A stretch of 64,000 bases of DNA from a virus. The notes below the pieces were generated by a model. That model had not been told where the DNA came from, did not search any database, and saw only the letters and a program-made list of their open reading frames with translations. Below are positions 60,616-64,000 of the stretch, in pieces. Position 1 is the first letter of the stretch. Every line of letters starts with the position of its first letter. Both the position numbers and the translations under genes were made by a program. The stretch lies in IMG/VR virus record IMGVR_UViG_3300002141_000156, positions 32,001 through 96,000 of that record; one strand, 5' to 3'.

Positions 60616-60784
60616 TCAAGAAATAGAACAAAGGGTAATCCGAGTAATTGAAAGTTGTAAAACCGTCGATCATATTGATGCTGCAACAAAATATGTTTTA
60701 CTTTTTTTTAAACGGACGGGCAACGTTTCCTTATTTAGGGAATTAATTAATCGTTTGAATGAACAATCCTCCCAACTAAATTAA
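60608..60784 (+). CDS. Small conserved phage protein (VIESC.T..H...A..Y)
   Basis: Start ATG 60608, overlapping the glycosyltransferase end. Confidence 0.55.
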   Translation: MDNQEIEQRVIRVIESCKTVDHIDAATKYVLLFFKRTGNVSLFRELINRLNEQSSQLN

Positions 60785-60847
60785 TTTTAAGTACTTACCT
60801 GGAACGCAGTATATCTCTTAAATAGTAACCGCTTTAATATTACCTAA

Positions 60848-60871
60848 TTGAATCTCCAAACGGAGATTCAA
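60848..60871. other. Hairpin TTGAATCTCC-AAAC-GGAGATTCAA (terminator or processing site)
   Basis: Perfect 10-bp stem in the intergenic region after the modification module. Confidence 0.55.
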
Positions 60872-60953
60872 GAAACAGTAGTTGTCTTTTTGAAAAGATA
60901 ATTAAGAACTAATCTATTTAATCTAGATAAATAATAAGAAAGATTTAGTATTA

Positions 60954-62855
60954 ATGAAATATATTGCACCATATGGAGCTCAACCTGAGCCAGTCGCGTT
61001 AATAAATGAATATTTTAAAGGAAATGAGCATATCTTTGCTTCAGTATTAACCTTTGAAAATATTGAATGGGAAGCAAAGATGCTAAATCTTGCTGAAATG
61101 TCGATTCCTGAGAATCTAGTATTCGATTTACACCTCGATATGATTTTAAATCAGGGTACAAAAGCAGTTACTAATTACTATAAGGAACTTATCTCAGGAA
61201 AGAATGAGATACTTGAACAAGCTAAAATTAAGCTAAAGGTTCCAAACTCAACTAAAATAAACGAAGCAGCTGAAATTTTTAGACTTCGTGTAAAAGATCG
61301 ACTTACTACTCTACTTACTGAAGAAACTGTTGCACCTAGTCTAACTAATCCATTTGGCGGGTTAGCTGCCAGTCTAATGGGCGGAGTAAAGCCTGCAACT
61401 GCACCGGCTACTCCAGCTACACCTACTACTCCAGCTGCACCTGCAGGTCAAATTGCAGGAACTCCAGAAGAGTTTGATGCAGCCCTTGCTGGAGGAGCTG
61501 CGACTCAACATAGTGACGGTGGAGTTTTTGGATTTCTAAAGAATTTATATTATGGACTTACTGAAGATGGATCACCGATTGGTATACTACACCTGGTACT
61601 TGATATTCTTGGACTTCTTCCTGGAGTCTACGGTGCAATTGCAGATATTATTAATGCAATCATCTATTTCATTAGAGGTAAATGGTTATTAGGCTGTATC
61701 TCATTAATTGCAGCATTATTATTTGGAGCAGGTGATATGATAAAGCTTCTTAAGCCTGGAGCAAAGGCTGCAGAGCCAGTAATTGCGGCAATAATAAAAG
61801 GCGGAGGTAAAGGAGGCGGCGAAATTCTAGCTAAATTACCTGCAAAAGAGAGCGGTCCTGCAATTAAATTATTAAGATTTATTTCAAAAAATATCGTTGA
61901 CGTATTAGGAAAAGCTACCGACATGCTTGGAAAATTCTTTGAAGTATTTATTGCAAAGGTCGTTGGCTGGATTCCATTTATCGGTAAACCGCTAAAAGGT
62001 TTCTTTGAAACAATGGGTAAAGCTTTCTCAAAACAAGGAGAAAAACTTGGTAAATTTTCAAAAGAATTTGGCGAAGCAGAAAAGGTTGCTATTAATCTTG
62101 CAGCAAAGGATGCAGATGTTGCAGTTGAGGCTATGTTAAAAGATAGCAAAATTGCAATGGAAATAGATCCGGTCACCAAAACTGCAAAAATTATTGGATC
62201 TGACGGCACGCTTCTAGCTAAAGAATTTCCAGCAGAGTACCTGGTCAAAGCGTTTGATAAAAAAGCACCCGGTCTATTTGCAGTCGGTGAAGAAAAAGCA
62301 ATTGCTAAATATTATTCAAGCGTTGCATCATCAAATACTAAGATGCTCGAAGGAGTCGGTGCATATTTCTTAAAGAAAAGCTGGGGAGCCACAAAAGGTA
62401 TAGGCAAGCTTTCACTATTCATTGGAAAACAGGTTCTTAAATTAATTACTGGAGATGCTCAGCTCTCTGGATATAAGGAAGAAGAAATCATGTATCACGG
62501 AAATTCGGCTATGCAGAACTGGGTTGCACAAGAGATCCACAAGCAAAAAGAAGAGACTGGCGCAACATATCTGCCTGCCGCAAATTTTGATTCTAGTGAA
62601 AAAGAAACATTTGATAGAATTACAGATTATCAAAACAATTATGCCAAATTATTTGGTCAGCCAAGTATTATTCCAGTAATCTATAAAAAGTATGGTGATA
62701 CTGATGATCAGTTTAAAGATTTTTGGAGTAGTGTTAGTAAAGGAACTGTAAATACTCCGGAACTTGAAAATATTGCTACTTACTCCGAAAAAGAAAAAGG
62801 TGTAAAAGAATCACTTTCACACCTTCGTTATATTATCCCTTATTCTAGGTTTTAA
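60954..62855 (+). CDS. Probable virion/ejected protein with pre-toxin (PT-TG-like) hydrophobic helical domain
   Basis: LHLVLDILGLLPG..GAIADIINA.IY...G....G.ISL; WIPFIG; late motif at 60927. Confidence 0.6.
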   Translation: MKYIAPYGAQPEPVALINEYFKGNEHIFASVLTFENIEWEAKMLNLAEMSIPENLVFDLHLDMILNQGTKAVTNYYKELISGKNEILEQAKIKLKVPNSTKINEAAEIFRLRVKDRLTTLLTEETVAPSLTNPFGGLAASLMGGVKPATAPATPATPTTPAAPAGQIAGTPEEFDAALAGGAATQHSDGGVFGFLKNLYYGLTEDGSPIGILHLVLDILGLLPGVYGAIADIINAIIYFIRGKWLLGCISLIAALLFGAGDMIKLLKPGAKAAEPVIAAIIKGGGKGGGEILAKLPAKESGPAIKLLRFISKNIVDVLGKATDMLGKFFEVFIAKVVGWIPFIGKPLKGFFETMGKAFSKQGEKLGKFSKEFGEAEKVAINLAAKDADVAVEAMLKDSKIAMEIDPVTKTAKIIGSDGTLLAKEFPAEYLVKAFDKKAPGLFAVGEEKAIAKYYSSVASSNTKMLEGVGAYFLKKSWGATKGIGKLSLFIGKQVLKLITGDAQLSGYKEEEIMYHGNSAMQNWVAQEIHKQKEETGATYLPAANFDSSEKETFDRITDYQNNYAKLFGQPSIIPVIYKKYGDTDDQFKDFWSSVSKGTVNTPELENIATYSEKEKGVKESLSHLRYIIPYSRF

Positions 62856-64000
62856 GCGGTCTTCTTAATCTTTTCAAGTATACTTGTGATTGCAGGTTTA
62901 TATTCATCACCTTCTCCAGTACAGCCGGTCCAGTATGCTTTTGCTAGAGTTGAAATATCTCCACCAAGTTCATCATCTAATACCGCATAGACATTCATTT
63001 TAGCATCAATCTTTCCATATGCGACACTAACTTCTTTTGCCATTTCCGGAGTTAATCCAGTAATTAAAAGAGCAATTGAACACTCTTCTTGGTCAGTCGT
63101 GTTTCCAAACAGTCCGCTTCCATTTTTAAGATCAAGTAACATTGATGCAATATCTGATGCTCCTTGCTGTTTTGCGTTTTCAATATATGCACTTGGATCT
63201 GCAGCCATCGTATCATACCATCCCATGGCTTCTGCACCCTTTGCTCCTATTCCAGGTTCTTCTGCTCCTTGTGGAGTTTCACCAGCGCTTGTGCCAATAT
63301 CTCCAGCTTTTTTAGCTGCAAGAACTCCCATTGGAGTTAAATTAACTCCAGCAACGGTAAATAATTCAGTTGCTTTTGCCGGAGCAAGATATCCTGGTAA
63401 ATTTCCAAATGATGTGAAAAATTCTGCACCTTTTACTGGTTGTAAAACAACACCAGTCGCCTTTATTTCTTTAACCGTATGATTTACCATTTTTCCAGCT
63501 CTAGCATATTCAATGGTTTTTCCTGTAGATACTCCAATTTTTTCTAAAGCTGCAACCTGTTTTACTTTTCCTAATTTTGCAAATACTTTACTAAGTCTAG
63601 TTATTTCTCCAATTGCCTTTACTCCCTTTCCTAAAGCTCCAACTACTCGAGTGGCTTTAACTGCTTTTACTGCTTTGCTTGCTGCATTTGCAATCTGGGC
63701 TCCTTTTAAACCTGCAGTAAATGCGGCAGATCCTCCCCAAGTAACTACGATTAGAGCAACGTCTCCTAAAATTGTCCAAATATTTAATCCTCTCAATACA
63801 GATGGTTCAATCTTACGACGATATAGATTACATGAAACTACTTCTCCATGTCCACCAAATTCCTCTTCCATAAAGTCTTGGATAGATTTTCCATATTTAG
63901 ACTTAAATATTTCATCTAGTTTATCAAAATACATTTGTGGATCTACACTCTTTGCTGCAGCAATCTGTGCAAATGCTCCAGCAAGAGATGCAATTGTCTC
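62852..64000 (-). CDS. Protein with annexin-like repeats and hydrophobic helix (5' end outside window)
   Basis: Frame open to base 64000 (ETIASLAGAF...PQMYF); FKSKYGKSIQDFMEEEFGG and GSGLFGNTTDQEE...VLDDELGGD. Confidence 0.6.
   Translation of the reverse strand, partial: ETIASLAGAFAQIAAAKSVDPQMYFDKLDEIFKSKYGKSIQDFMEEEFGGHGEVVSCNLYRRKIEPSVLRGLNIWTILGDVALIVVTWGGSAAFTAGLKGAQIANAASKAVKAVKATRVVGALGKGVKAIGEITRLSKVFAKLGKVKQVAALEKIGVSTGKTIEYARAGKMVNHTVKEIKATGVVLQPVKGAEFFTSFGNLPGYLAPAKATELFTVAGVNLTPMGVLAAKKAGDIGTSAGETPQGAEEPGIGAKGAEAMGWYDTMAADPSAYIENAKQQGASDIASMLLDLKNGSGLFGNTTDQEECSIALLITGLTPEMAKEVSVAYGKIDAKMNVYAVLDDELGGDISTLAKAYWTGCTGEGDEYKPAITSILEKIKKTA

Noticed and set aside
12046-63482. Many antisense or out-of-frame ORFs within structural genes (e.g. 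16297, 51871, 56219, 57161, 57811, 59043, 61664, 63099)
   Set aside because: Expected shadows of biased codon usage; 57811-58047 is the antisense of the real -1 frame extension.

Overview
This window is a 64-kb, AT-rich segment of a large T4-like (myovirus-type) jumbo bacteriophage read in the standard genetic code. The host is probably Bacteroidota, inferred from A-rich leaders without Shine-Dalgarno sites and from Bacteroidota-style lipoprotein and exonuclease families. Bases 1-11.6 kb form a minus-strand accessory block: GroEL (5' part), two nucleases, ferredoxin, a stand-alone ABC transmembrane domain, a metallophosphoesterase, UvsE and an array of related mini-genes. From 11.8 kb the block is mostly plus-strand and late/structural: RuvC-like resolvase, gp55-like late sigma, giant baseplate/tail proteins, tail fibre, neck and tail-terminator proteins, gp6-like wedge, both terminase subunits, an ECF-like sigma, a hub/chaperone protein and a prohead core-like protein. 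Features missing from the ORF track include a complete phage tmRNA (41093-41476, minus) with a 23-aa tag and an atypical T-loop, and a likely -1 frameshift/slippage extension on the core-like protein (A9G run at 57830). Other notable items are an FkbM + MBD4-like + beta-glucosyltransferase-like module, a convergent pair of probable virion membrane-active proteins (one annexin-like), a catalytically degenerate amidoligase-fold protein, and two distinct phage promoter motifs. All family assignments come from motif recognition by eye, not database searches.
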